Shown here: piece by piece, positions 49,305-58,881 of the stretch
Layout of the letters: each line of letters starts with the position of its first letter
How positions within the stretch are numbered: position 1 is the stretch's first letter
From: Syntrophorhabdaceae bacterium
GTDB taxonomy: Bacteria > Desulfobacterota > Syntrophorhabdia > Syntrophorhabdales > Syntrophorhabdaceae
Assembly (NCBI GenBank): GCA_963665295.1
Contig: OY762209.1
Coordinates: forward strand, 4,000,001 to 4,064,000
Direction: 5' to 3'
DNA: 64,000 nt
Made by a program: the position numbers and the translations under genes
The notes under the pieces: generated by a model
The model's input: the letters and a program-made list of their open reading frames with translations, nothing else
The model's database searches: none
Told to the model about the DNA's origin: nothing

Positions 49305-50660
49305 CTATGTCTCTTTCGTTATGCGGGTAAGATCGTCGGTTACCATCTTCTGTATGCGGTCCAGCGCCTCCCCGGTCGTCGCTTCGAAGCGGAGCACCAG
49401 GATAGGCCCCGTATTGGAAGGTCTCACGAGCCCCCAGCCGTCATCAAGGATCACCCTCACTCCATCGATATCGATCACCTTGTGTCTTTCCCGGTAATAC
49501 TCAGTGAGTCTTTTCACTACCTCGAATTTTTTCGTATCCGGACAGTCAATGCGTATTTCCGGAGTGGAGTACATCTCCGGCAGGTCTTTCAGGAACTCCG
49601 AGACGGGTCTGCCTTCCCTCTCCATGATCTCGAGGAGTCTCAGGGTGGCATATATGGCATCGTCATAGCCGAAAAATTTATCGGCAAAGAACACGTGCCC
49701 GCTCATCTCTCCCCCGAGAAGGGCGCCCGTTTCCCTCATCTTTTGTTTTATGAGTGAATGTCCCGCTTTCCACATGATGGGAATACCGCCGTTGCGCTCC
49801 ACCTCTTCGAAGAGGTTTGTGGAGCATTTTACCTCGGAGACAAAATGCGCTCCCGGGTGCGCCTTCAGTACATCCCTTGCCAGGATTATCATGAGGTAGT
49901 CGCCCCAGATGGTATTTCCTTCGTTGTCGATCACACCTATCCTGTCGCCGTCCCCGTCGTATCCTATACCCACGTCGGCCCCCGTTTCAAGCACCGCTTT
50001 CTTCAGGTCGACGAGGTTCTTTTCCACTGTAGGGTCGGGGTGGTGGTTCGGAAAATGCCCGTCCATCTCGCAGTAAAGCTCTGTCACGTCCTGTCCCATC
50101 TCTTTCAGGATCGGAGCGGCAATCACACCGGCAGTGCCGTTTCCCGCGTCGATCACCACTTTGAAGTTTTTGGTAAGCTTTATGTTCGTTCTCAAAAACC
50201 TGTAGTAGTCGTCCACGATGTTCTTGTACCCTTTATAAGAACCTTCCTCGCGAAAGAATCTCTTCTCCTCGATAATCCTTTTCAGGTACTGTATCTCGTC
50301 ACCAAAAATGGTGGCCTTTTCGTATGCGATCTTGAACCCGTTCTGGTCGCCGGGGTTGTGACTTCCCGTTATCATGATCCCGCCGTCGACTTCGAGGTTG
50401 AACAGGGAAAAATAGAACAAACCCGTGGGGACCAGACCGAGGTCGATCACATCGAGCCCGCTTTCCAACATCCCCGCGGCGATCATGTTCCGAAGATGTT
50501 CGGAACTCAGCCTGCAATCCCTTGCGAGGGTAACGGTCTTTTTGTGGCGCTCCCGCATGTAAGTGCCGTAAGCCCTTCCCAGGTTCATCACCACGTCATC
50601 GCTGAGATCGGGGTCTACCGTGCCCCTGATATCATACTCCCGGAAAATTTGTGTGTTCAT
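49305..50660 (-). CDS. Phosphomannomutase/phosphoglucomutase
   Basis: IFREYDIRG, MITGSHNP, DGDGDRIG, GEMSGH, GLVRPSNT.P.LVLRFEA. Confidence 0.95.
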   Translation of the reverse strand: MNTQIFREYDIRGTVDPDLSDDVVMNLGRAYGTYMRERHKKTVTLARDCRLSSEHLRNMIAAGMLESGLDVIDLGLVPTGLFYFSLFNLEVDGGIMITGSHNPGDQNGFKIAYEKATIFGDEIQYLKRIIEEKRFFREEGSYKGYKNIVDDYYRFLRTNIKLTKNFKVVIDAGNGTAGVIAAPILKEMGQDVTELYCEMDGHFPNHHPDPTVEKNLVDLKKAVLETGADVGIGYDGDGDRIGVIDNEGNTIWGDYLMIILARDVLKAHPGAHFVSEVKCSTNLFEEVERNGGIPIMWKAGHSLIKQKMRETGALLGGEMSGHVFFADKFFGYDDAIYATLRLLEIMEREGRPVSEFLKDLPEMYSTPEIRIDCPDTKKFEVVKRLTEYYRERHKVIDIDGVRVILDDGWGLVRPSNTGPILVLRFEATTGEALDRIQKMVTDDLTRITKET

Positions 50661-50741
50661 GGCTGATTCTTCCATATCAGATTCATGTCCTTTCAAATCA
50701 ATGTGAACCAAATTCATTTCGACTCCTTGTGAATTTGTCTC

Positions 50742-51683
50742 TTATTCATCAATAAACGCTGCGCCCATAATGGCCGAGTCCTCTCCAAGTCTTGCCCGCT
50801 CCATCCTGAGGCCCTTGAGCGATGGACCCATAACCCTGCGCCTCATGACGTCCGCCGCCTGGTCTATGAGATACTTTGATCCATACACCACGCCTCCTCC
50901 GAATACGATCATCTCGGGGTTCAAAATGTTCACCAGGCTCGCAAGGCCCACACCCATATGTTCGACAACCTCCTTCCAAATCTCGCCGCAATACTCATCG
51001 CCTTTCAGATAAGCGTCTTCTATATGGCCCGTATTCAAAACCCCCGGGTCGCCCCCGATAATACCCCACAGTTTACCTCTATAGCCCTCGTTGAGCCTCC
51101 GCTTCGCCCGTTCGACTATGTAATAACCACCACAATACGCCTCAAAACAACCCGTGTTTCCGCAATGGCACGGATATCCGTGCGAATTGACGGTCATGTG
51201 GCCGATCTCTCCACCCACATTCGAAAAGCCCCTGTAGATCCTTCCGTCGAGGATGAGCCCCCCGCCTATGCCCGTTCCCACAAAAATTCCAAGCACATTC
51301 GCCGGGCTCTCCATCAGCCCGAACTTCCATTCTCCGTATATGGCGGCGTTCACGTCATTTTCGACAAAAATACCTATGCCCAACGCCCTTTCCAGGTCAT
51401 CTCTTATGGGCACATCGTGGAATCCAAGGTTGGGAGAAAAAACTATCCGGTGGGAATGTTTTTCAATCTGACCTGCCGAGGCTATTCCTACCCTTTCTAT
51501 ATCGTTTCGTGAGCAGCCGCTCTCCCCTATTATAGCATCAATCAGGTGGACAATGCGCGCCACAATACCTTCATAGCCCTGGACGGCGTCCGTGGGGACC
51601 CTTTTCCTCGTCAACACGCGGCCCGCGTCATCGATCAGACCGCCGACTATTTTAGTCCCTCCCAGGTCTATTCCTATTCTCAT
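50742..51683 (-). CDS. ROK family sugar kinase (glucokinase-like)
   Basis: GIDLGGTK, VENDVNAA, GTGIGGG, GEIGH, CHCGN.GCFEAY. Confidence 0.92.
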   Translation of the reverse strand: MRIGIDLGGTKIVGGLIDDAGRVLTRKRVPTDAVQGYEGIVARIVHLIDAIIGESGCSRNDIERVGIASAGQIEKHSHRIVFSPNLGFHDVPIRDDLERALGIGIFVENDVNAAIYGEWKFGLMESPANVLGIFVGTGIGGGLILDGRIYRGFSNVGGEIGHMTVNSHGYPCHCGNTGCFEAYCGGYYIVERAKRRLNEGYRGKLWGIIGGDPGVLNTGHIEDAYLKGDEYCGEIWKEVVEHMGVGLASLVNILNPEMIVFGGGVVYGSKYLIDQAADVMRRRVMGPSLKGLRMERARLGEDSAIMGAAFIDE

Positions 51684-51758
51684 CGTGGACCTCCGGTCTC
51701 CCGCCTTCCTGATTATGGGCCCGGCATGGCGCCGGGGCTGAAACCATTTGCGCCGGTT

Positions 51759-52533
51759 TCAGTTACTCCTCAGCATTTCTTTAAAGGTTTTCGCATTCCT
51801 GACGGCCTTGCCCGCATGGCAGTTGTTGAAAAAAAAAAGTGACGGCCGTGTTTCTCGCCGCCTCTCTCACCGGCTCAACAAACTCCTTCAGTTCCTCCGT
51901 GGAGTAGAGATAATCGTACCGCACCTCCATGGGGGTCCCAAACCACGCCTTGTTTCTCCCGTGAAAACGAAAATAACTCACGCTGGAGGTGACAACCGGG
52001 TAGAAGGGAAGCAGACCCTTGATCTTCGGCTCATCCACCACGCAATAGCCCAGAGACAGGTTCCTCAAAATGTCCATATACCTGTCATCCAGCCATTTCG
52101 CATTTCTGAATTCCACAACAGCCTCCGTACCGGAAAACTCGTCTCCGAGCCGTTTCAGATAGTCGAAGCTGTCCTTATGCGGCACAAACGCATAGGGGAA
52201 CTGGAAAAGCACGGCCTTCATATTTGCGCCGAGAGGACCGACACCGTCCTTAAACAGCCTGATCTGTTCCCCTACCCCTTTGTCCCGGTCATGAGTTATG
52301 CCTTTGTATGCCTTCACCACATACAGAAAATCCGGAGAAGTCCTGTTTTTGAAGGATTCCATCGTTTTTTTTGATGGCAGCGTGTAGTAGGTAAAATTGA
52401 CTTCCAGGGCCTTGAAACCCAACATCCGTTCGTAGTAGGGGAGCATCTCCTGTTTCCTGATCCCGGCCGGGTACGCCTCTCCAATCCAATCAGTGAAGGA
52501 AAAACCACTGGTTCCTACGTATATTTCACCCAT
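51759..52533 (-). pseudogene. DUF72 family protein with a frameshift in a 10-nt homopolymer near the 3' end (artefact, pseudogene or slippage)
   Basis: GTSGFSF.DW, EVNFTYY, FQFP..F, VVEFRN..W, YFRFHGRN, RYDYLYS.EEL; the conserved FNNCHAGKAV.NA tail continues in another frame after the A10 run at 51829-51838. Confidence 0.8.
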
Positions 52534-52543
52534 GCATTTTAGT

Positions 52544-52572
52544 TTGACATCTCCTTTCCATGTAAATAATAT
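52544..52572 (+). promoter_or_regulatory. Putative sigma70 promoter for the LOG gene
   Basis: TTGACA-N17-TAATAT. Confidence 0.55.
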
Positions 52573-52611
52573 ATGTGAACATGCAAAATCTCAAGGCAAA
52601 AAGGGGAGTTA

Positions 52612-53262
52612 ATGGAAAAACAGTACATAATTGACGATATCACCGTAAGGGACACATGGAGAATGTTCCATATAATGGCAGAGTTCGTGGAGGGCTTTGA
52701 GAACCTCGCCGAGATTCAGCCTGCGGTCAGCTTTTTCGGGAGCGCCCGATGCAAGGAAGGGGATCCCCTCTATACCAGAACCTACGACCTCGCGAAACTT
52801 GTGGCAGGAAGCGGTTTCAACGTCATTACGGGAGGAGGCGGCGGCGTCATGGAGGCCGCCAATAAAGCGGCGGCTGAAGAGGGCGTGAAGTCAGTGGGAA
52901 TCAACATCGAGCTTCCCTTTGAACAAAAACCCAATTCTTATTCGAATCTCAGGCTGAACTGCAGGTACTTCTTCGTGAGAAAGGTAATGTTCGTCAAATA
53001 TGCCATGGCCTACATCGTAATGCCCGGCGGCTTCGGCACGCTGGACGAATGTTTCGAGGCCCTGACCCTTATCCAGACGAAGAAGATCCGGCCCTTCCCC
53101 GTCATCCTGGTAGATTCCGCATATTGGAAGAATATCGTTGACTGGATGCACGACAGCCTTTTGGAGCAGCACTTGATCTCAAAGGAAGACCTGCACATAT
53201 TCAGGGTAATGGACGATCCGGAGGAGATAGTCGAGTACGTGAAGAGGTTTGTAATCCTCTAA
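52612..53262 (+). CDS. LOG family nucleotide phosphoribohydrolase (TIGR00730)
   Basis: FGSAR, TGGG.GVMEAAN, YFFVRKVMF, PGGFGTLDE. Confidence 0.93.
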   Translation: MEKQYIIDDITVRDTWRMFHIMAEFVEGFENLAEIQPAVSFFGSARCKEGDPLYTRTYDLAKLVAGSGFNVITGGGGGVMEAANKAAAEEGVKSVGINIELPFEQKPNSYSNLRLNCRYFFVRKVMFVKYAMAYIVMPGGFGTLDECFEALTLIQTKKIRPFPVILVDSAYWKNIVDWMHDSLLEQHLISKEDLHIFRVMDDPEEIVEYVKRFVIL

Positions 53263-53286
53263 GCTGCCTCCGGACCCCTTTTCCCT

Positions 53287-54114
53287 TCAAAACTCCGGGT
53301 CCTCAAAACCTCCCGTCTCTTCATCCCCGGCAAGCTGGTCGGAGTCACCCCGGACCTCCAACCCCGCGCCATCCAACTTGCGCCCGAAGACCAGATATCC
53401 CGTGTGGCCGATCATTCTGTCTTCCGGCCTCACCCTCTCCGCTATGGTCTTGTACTTCCTCAACATTATTTCCAGCACTTCCACGTGCCCGAAACCCTGG
53501 TGAAACACCTTCATGATTTCGCTTATCTGATTGGCGGTAGGAACGATCATGCCTATGGTGGCGCTCTCCTTCATGAGACCCCTCACCTTCTCCAGGCATG
53601 TCCATGGTTCTCTCACGTCAATGAAGGCTGCGTCAAACCGACCGTCTCCATACTCCATAATGTCTTCATGCCGCATCTCCACGTTCTTCCATGGGAGGAA
53701 TTTCTCCATATTCTTCTTCGCGTTGCGGAAATGCCTGTCTTCTTTTTCGAAGGAGGTAACCGTTCCCTCCGGGCCTACGGTATGGGAAAAAATCAAGGTC
53801 AACGCTCCACTTCCCGTGCCGACTTCCAGCATCCGCGAACCGCTTCGAAGGTTGAGCTTGAAGGGGATGAAGAAGCCGTCCTTCGGAAATACTATTTGCG
53901 TCTCCCTCATGAGCCCGTACATAATGATATCTTCCAGGGTGGGTTCATAGATGTCATATCCACCGAACCTTATCCCGTAAGGCTTTCCTATAAGGTCCGC
54001 AAAATTCATCGTCCCGCCTTTCCCGTGAAAGGATCTGTCGGCCCCCACTCTCTTCAGGTACTTCCTGTCCTTCTGAATGATCAAAACCAGGTCGTTATCG
54101 TTTATGACTTTCAT
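53287..54114 (-). CDS. trmI: tRNA (adenine58-N1)-methyltransferase TrmI
   Basis: R.TQIVFPKD, LEVGTGSGAL, FIDV.EPW, P.ANQ, RVRPEDRMIGHTGYL. Confidence 0.9.
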   Translation of the reverse strand: MKVINDNDLVLIIQKDRKYLKRVGADRSFHGKGGTMNFADLIGKPYGIRFGGYDIYEPTLEDIIMYGLMRETQIVFPKDGFFIPFKLNLRSGSRMLEVGTGSGALTLIFSHTVGPEGTVTSFEKEDRHFRNAKKNMEKFLPWKNVEMRHEDIMEYGDGRFDAAFIDVREPWTCLEKVRGLMKESATIGMIVPTANQISEIMKVFHQGFGHVEVLEIMLRKYKTIAERVRPEDRMIGHTGYLVFGRKLDGAGLEVRGDSDQLAGDEETGGFEDPEF

Positions 54115-54231
54115 TAACCCTCTTCTCTCAATTTATTGTACTCCACAGACATCCCAAGGGAGATGGCCGGCAACAGGGTCATCAATCCTGTGATACCGCG
54201 ATCGGGGGCCCGTTGAACCCGATCGCCCCTT

Positions 54232-54260
54232 AACTTATTATAAAATACGGACATTGTCAA
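54232..54260 (-). promoter_or_regulatory. Putative sigma70 promoter for the trmI leader
   Basis: Minus strand TTGACA-N17-TAAGTT, with a nearby TATAAT. Confidence 0.45.
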
Positions 54261-54437
54261 AGCGCCTTCTCCACGGTAGCCTTGTCCGGAGAACCCCGTG
54301 CGTATCCGGCTAACCCCAGCCCCAATTGAGCCCACCTCTGGATTTTTTTCTTGAAAGATTCAGCAATTTCAGGGAAAATGTGTAAACCGTCGGGCATATG
54401 GAACGTGCGTGCCCGGGTGCCATCTTACAGGTGAGAG

Positions 54438-55541
54438 GTGAATTTGAACGTTTCAAGAGAATCCGCGTCTGTAACAGACTACGACATAATACATTTTGAG
54501 GCCCTCGGGCCCGAAGCGCAGCACCTTGAGGAAGAAATACTCAAAGCCCGGCAAGAGGGCAGCCTTCCGGGAAACCACAAGTACCTCATCGTTCCGGACA
54601 ACGTTCAGGGGTTTCTCAAAAACAATTCCGGGATAAGTCTTCCGGACATAATAACCACAAAGACGCACTCGGTCCTTCCCGGGTCGTATCTCACGGGAAC
54701 CAGAAAAAGCGTGGTGACCCGAAGCGCGGGATATGACCACTTCGAGCATCTCACGGATAAGGTGAATGTGGCATCCCTTCGTGAATACTGCGTGAACGCC
54801 GTGGCACAAACCGCCATGAAGTTTCTTTACGCCACAGCCGGGGAATTGAACCATTATACGAAAAACGCCCTGACCTTCGAGAGGAAGGATTCAAACGCCT
54901 TTATTGAGTTGGACGCAAACAGGGTGTTGACTGTCTTCGGGGTGGGCAAAATAGGCAGAAGGATATATGAACTTGCCGCGGTAAACGGCCTCACTGTCCA
55001 GGGCGTCGATATCAGACAAGAGGAGTTGGCCGGAACGTATGACGGGAAAGTCGATTTCATCTCGAAGGACGAAGCAATCCGTTCGAGCGACATAATAGTG
55101 AACGCCATGAACCTCACAAAGAGCAAGGAAAGCAGGTTTTACAACGTGGGCTACTTTTCTGCCGAATTCCTTTCAAAGGCAAAGAAGGGATTGATATTCA
55201 TCAATGTTACCAGGGGAGAAATCGCGCCCGAGTCGGTACTCCTGGACTTATACATATCGGGGGTTATAGAAGGCTTGGGTCTCGATGTTTTTTCACGGGA
55301 ATCAGAATTCGCGGAGCTTCTTAATTCGGGGATCACCGGGGAAAAGGGAAGCGATCCGGAAGCGGCAAGAATACTCGTAAACCATTCGATCGACCGTACC
55401 GCAAACATCTATGTCCAGCCCCACCAGGGATTCAACTCCGACGTTGCGGCAAAAACAAAGGCCGTCGAGGCAATAAAACATGTTGTTTCGTGGTATCGGA
55501 ACAACGGACGATGTTTTGACGAACAACTGCCGTATTATTGA
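54438..55541 (+). CDS. D-isomer-specific 2-hydroxyacid dehydrogenase family protein
   Basis: TRSAGYDH, FGVGKIG (NAD binding), FINVTRG, GLDVF..E, PHQGF.S. Confidence 0.82.
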   Translation: MNLNVSRESASVTDYDIIHFEALGPEAQHLEEEILKARQEGSLPGNHKYLIVPDNVQGFLKNNSGISLPDIITTKTHSVLPGSYLTGTRKSVVTRSAGYDHFEHLTDKVNVASLREYCVNAVAQTAMKFLYATAGELNHYTKNALTFERKDSNAFIELDANRVLTVFGVGKIGRRIYELAAVNGLTVQGVDIRQEELAGTYDGKVDFISKDEAIRSSDIIVNAMNLTKSKESRFYNVGYFSAEFLSKAKKGLIFINVTRGEIAPESVLLDLYISGVIEGLGLDVFSRESEFAELLNSGITGEKGSDPEAARILVNHSIDRTANIYVQPHQGFNSDVAAKTKAVEAIKHVVSWYRNNGRCFDEQLPYY

Positions 55542-55556
55542 GACAACCCTCCATTC

Positions 55557-55583
55557 CTGGGGGGCGACCGCACACCCCCAGGC
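55557..55583. terminator. GC hairpin between convergent genes
   Basis: ctggggg...cccccag. Confidence 0.4.
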
Positions 55584-55586
55584 GGG

Positions 55587-56531
55587 CTAATCCGCGTAGA
55601 TGTCCTTCGAAAGGTTGTCAAGAAAAAACATATCCTCATTGTCCAGGCTTTGGGGGATGTCCATCACATTGTCGAGTACCTGCTCCGGTGATCGGGCGCC
55701 GACGATTACCGATACCACATCCTCCTGCCTGAGAAGCCAGGACAGGGCTATCGCCCCCGGTTTCGTGCCCTTTGCCGCAGCAATATGTTCGACTCCGTCA
55801 ATGAGCAGGCGGACCCGGGGCCAGTACCGGGGCTTAAAAAAACGATAAAAGAAGGACCGGGCGTCTCCGCGCCCGAAGCTTGGCTGCTCGCAATATTTGC
55901 CCGTGAGCATTCCCGCGCCGAGAGACCCGTAAGAGAGGACGTTGATACCTCCTTCGCGGCAGATCCCCAGTACGTCCCTTTCGATACCCCGTTCAAGGAG
56001 CGAGTAGTGGGCCTGCATCGAAAAGACAGGGCCGCATCGCAGCGCCCCCCGCAACTCCTCGCCGTTGAAATTGGAAACCCCGATATACCTGATCTTCCCC
56101 TCTTCCCGGAACCTCAAGAGGGCTGCCATGGTCTCTTCGATCGGAGTCCTCCCGTCCGGCCAGTGGCACTGATACAGATCGATATGGTCGGTCCTTAAGC
56201 GTCTCAGCGATTCATTGAGGTCCAATTCAATATACGAAGGAGACAGGTCGCGTTCGTATTTGCGGGTGCGTATGTCCAACCCGCATTTTGTGGCCAGAAA
56301 TACCTTGTCGCGCCTGCCATGAATGGCCTTTCCCACCAACTCCTCGGCACGGCCGTCGCCGTACACGGGGGCGGTGTCGATCGCGTTTATTCCGTTGTCC
56401 ACGGCGGTTTCTATCGCCTTGAGGGCCTTCGACTCGTCGCAGCCGCTCCAGTGGTTTCCCCCCATGGCCCAGGTCCCCAGGGTGATGACCGATATTGTTT
56501 CGTCGGTGTTCTTCAAGCGTACGTAATCCAT
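55587..56531 (-). CDS. Aldo/keto reductase
   Basis: LGTWAMGG, IDTAPVYG, LATKCG, SLRRLRTDHIDLYQCHWPD, GKIRYIGVSNF, IVGARS. Confidence 0.93.
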   Translation of the reverse strand: MDYVRLKNTDETISVITLGTWAMGGNHWSGCDESKALKAIETAVDNGINAIDTAPVYGDGRAEELVGKAIHGRRDKVFLATKCGLDIRTRKYERDLSPSYIELDLNESLRRLRTDHIDLYQCHWPDGRTPIEETMAALLRFREEGKIRYIGVSNFNGEELRGALRCGPVFSMQAHYSLLERGIERDVLGICREGGINVLSYGSLGAGMLTGKYCEQPSFGRGDARSFFYRFFKPRYWPRVRLLIDGVEHIAAAKGTKPGAIALSWLLRQEDVVSVIVGARSPEQVLDNVMDIPQSLDNEDMFFLDNLSKDIYAD

Positions 56532-56681
56532 ATATCCCTTCCCTGTTCTATGTTATATCGAACCATTAAGTGATTACACAGCGTGCCCGATCTGTCAAGA
56601 CGTTTCGGACCCACCACCTCCGGTCGGACGTCTTCCGGCGAAAAGGTTCCTCACAAGAACGAACGCCGTCCCCCGAAACTC

Positions 56682-57560
56682 CTAAATCTCAAGCCACGAG
56701 TCCGAGTAAACGCTCTGCCCCAGGAGCACTCTCGCTGTCTTCACATAATCAAGTTCCTCCCTTGACAACAGGGAAGTGTTGATCGCCTCCCCGTCCATCA
56801 CTTTGCCCACAAGGGCTTCTATTCCAGCCCTTTCCCCTTTCACTATGGCGTGAAGTTCCTTGTCGAAGGCGTCGGCGATCACCGAATAGATCCCGTAGCG
56901 CTTCAGCATTATCAGGTAGGTCCTGTTGATGATCCCACGCAGTCGGCCCGGCACTCCATTCGACACATTCGAAAGGCCGCATGTCGATTTGCCCCGGGGG
57001 GCAAGCTCGGAGAGCATCATAACGAACTCGGTGCAGCCTTGGATCTGGCTCTGTTGCGTGTTTAAGGGAAGGGCAATCGGGTCAATCCAGATATTGTCCT
57101 CGTCCACCCCATAGCCTGCTGCCTCCGCAATGAGCTGCGCTGCAAGGAACCCCCTCTCGTTTGCGTCCCGGGGGATGCCGTCCTCTCCCAGGGTGAGACC
57201 TATAAAACCGGTATTGTACTTCCTTGCCATGGGCAACAGTGCCGCCATCCTCTCGGGCCGGGCGGAAATGGAATTGATGAGGGCCCTTCCCTCACACGCC
57301 CTTAATCCCGCTTCCAGGGCTTCTATATTGACCGTGTCGAGGCAGAGGGGCAAATCAGACACCTCCCGCACAGTCTTCACGACCCATTCCATCAGTTCCG
57401 CTCCGTCCTTTCGCGCAGGACCCAGGTTGACATCGATGAGATCCACGCCCGCTTCGGTCTCGGCCATGGCCACCGCTCTCACGGGTTCAGGGTCTCTTAG
57501 CCTGAACGCCTCTCCTATCTTCCTCGACGTAATATTCAGATTCTCACCGATGACAACCAT
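56682..57560 (-). CDS. acsE: Pterin-binding methyltransferase, AcsE-like (methyl-THF:corrinoid protein methyltransferase)
   Basis: IGENLN, IDVNLG, PLCLDT.N..ALEAGL, LINS, WIDP...P, CGLSNVSNG, NRTYL.ML. Confidence 0.75.
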   Translation of the reverse strand: MVVIGENLNITSRKIGEAFRLRDPEPVRAVAMAETEAGVDLIDVNLGPARKDGAELMEWVVKTVREVSDLPLCLDTVNIEALEAGLRACEGRALINSISARPERMAALLPMARKYNTGFIGLTLGEDGIPRDANERGFLAAQLIAEAAGYGVDEDNIWIDPIALPLNTQQSQIQGCTEFVMMLSELAPRGKSTCGLSNVSNGVPGRLRGIINRTYLIMLKRYGIYSVIADAFDKELHAIVKGERAGIEALVGKVMDGEAINTSLLSREELDYVKTARVLLGQSVYSDSWLEI

Positions 57561-57676
57561 TCTCACCTTCCCCGGAGAGTCGGCGGGGGCAAAAATAGAC
57601 AAAACTCCCCGCCGGGACAGAGATTCCTCATCCCGCCCCAAAGAACTCCCTTTTAAATTTAATTATTTACACGTTT

Positions 57677-58048
57677 TTAAACGGTGATGCCCCTCAGTCT
57701 CAATTCTTCCGTCTTCTTCTTGGAGCAATCTTCACAACGGAATTCGGGATTCGCATCGGTCGAGTGGTCGTACTCTCTTGCCCGGATAATGCGATAGCCC
57801 CTTGCCTCTTTGCCGCAATCAACACACACCACCACGTCCTTGACCTCCCACTCGACGGAAAGACGCTCCGAGGTGAAAATAACCTTGTCCACCCAGAAGA
57901 AGATGAGACCACCTATAAGGTTCGCGATAACCGTTGCCGTTATCTTATCCATGCGGGAAAGAGCGAAAAGGACGCCCGCAAGAATAGGAGTGGAGAGCTG
58001 CCACCTGAGAAGATACAAGCCATAACGTTTCCAGTTTATTCCCCTCAT
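57677..58048 (-). CDS. Small membrane protein with C-terminal CxxC...CxxC zinc ribbon
   Basis: GGGAGG RBS; hydrophobic RWQLSTPILA...ANLIGGLIFFWVD segment; CVDC and CEDC. Confidence 0.75.
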   Translation of the reverse strand: MRGINWKRYGLYLLRWQLSTPILAGVLFALSRMDKITATVIANLIGGLIFFWVDKVIFTSERLSVEWEVKDVVVCVDCGKEARGYRIIRAREYDHSTDANPEFRCEDCSKKKTEELRLRGITV

Positions 58049-58070
58049 GACAATAACCTCCCTTCAATAA

Positions 58071-58805
58071 TCATACCCCTGTCGCCTCGACAATCTCAAA
58101 GACTTCAATCGTTTCCTTGATATGATCAACCTCCACGGCCGGATGATGCACCATGGGGTACGATCGGGCTGCCCTTTTGATCACGGATTCAGTAACCCCT
58201 ATACCTGAGGGACAATGTTGAGAAACCCAGCCCGCCACGAGAAAGGTCTTGTTTACCGTCTCGCCTACAATGTCGCGCATCGCATAGTCGGGGTGGCCGA
58301 TCAGTCCCAGGTATATGTCGCCTGAATTGAGCGCTATTACCAGGTCCTTTTGGTAAATTGCCTTCTTCGCCGCGATTGCCGCCTCGAGGGCCCGGTCCGC
58401 ATGGGTGGCCCCCGAAAAGAAGCAGAGGAAGCCGTCACCCACATATTTCACGGGAATACCGTCGAACTTCAGCACCGACTCCGTAAGGTGATAGAACAAC
58501 ACGTTCGCGTAATCAGCAACCTCTTTCGAGTCCATCGAGATCGAGCGCTCCGCGAAATGGGTGATGCCGGAGCAGAATACCGTGGCCTCGAACACACCGC
58601 TCGCCACATCGGTTATCCCCAGAAGGTAATCGGTGCTCACATCGAAAAGCTGCGCAATTTTTACGAGCATCCCTATGTCAGGGTAGTTTGCCCCCCGCTC
58701 CCACTTGGATACAGCTTGCGGGCTCACCTGCAGGGCGTTCGCCAGGTTGACCTGTTTGAACCCGTGCTTTTCTCTCAAGATGCGTATTTTCCGTCCCACG
58801 TCCAT
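58071..58805 (-). CDS. XRE-family HTH fused to a degenerate class III nucleotidyl cyclase domain
   Basis: Q..LA..L.VSPQAVSKWERG...PD...L..IA.LFDVSTDYLLG; then G..VKYVGDG..C.F, LNSG....G.IG, DIVGETVN. Confidence 0.85.
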   Translation of the reverse strand: MDVGRKIRILREKHGFKQVNLANALQVSPQAVSKWERGANYPDIGMLVKIAQLFDVSTDYLLGITDVASGVFEATVFCSGITHFAERSISMDSKEVADYANVLFYHLTESVLKFDGIPVKYVGDGFLCFFSGATHADRALEAAIAAKKAIYQKDLVIALNSGDIYLGLIGHPDYAMRDIVGETVNKTFLVAGWVSQHCPSGIGVTESVIKRAARSYPMVHHPAVEVDHIKETIEVFEIVEATGV

Positions 58806-58816
58806 AACGATAATTA

Positions 58817-58881
58817 AATGTATAATAAAAATACGCCCTTTTCAACGAACCTCAGGTTCAAATAAATCTACCACAGGTTGA
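58817..58881 (-). promoter_or_regulatory. Promoter and two palindromic operator-like sites upstream of the HTH-cyclase gene
   Basis: Minus strand TTGAAA-N17-TACATT (58845-58817); gaacct-c-aggttc (58847-58859) and tctaccacaggttga (58867-58881). Confidence 0.5.

Noticed and set aside
54195..54230. tmRNA 5' end or fluoride riboswitch (GGGGCGATCGGGTTCAACGGG)
   Set aside because: The similarity is superficial. There is no tmRNA 3' T-arm/CCA or room for one, and the crcB spacing and motifs do not fit.
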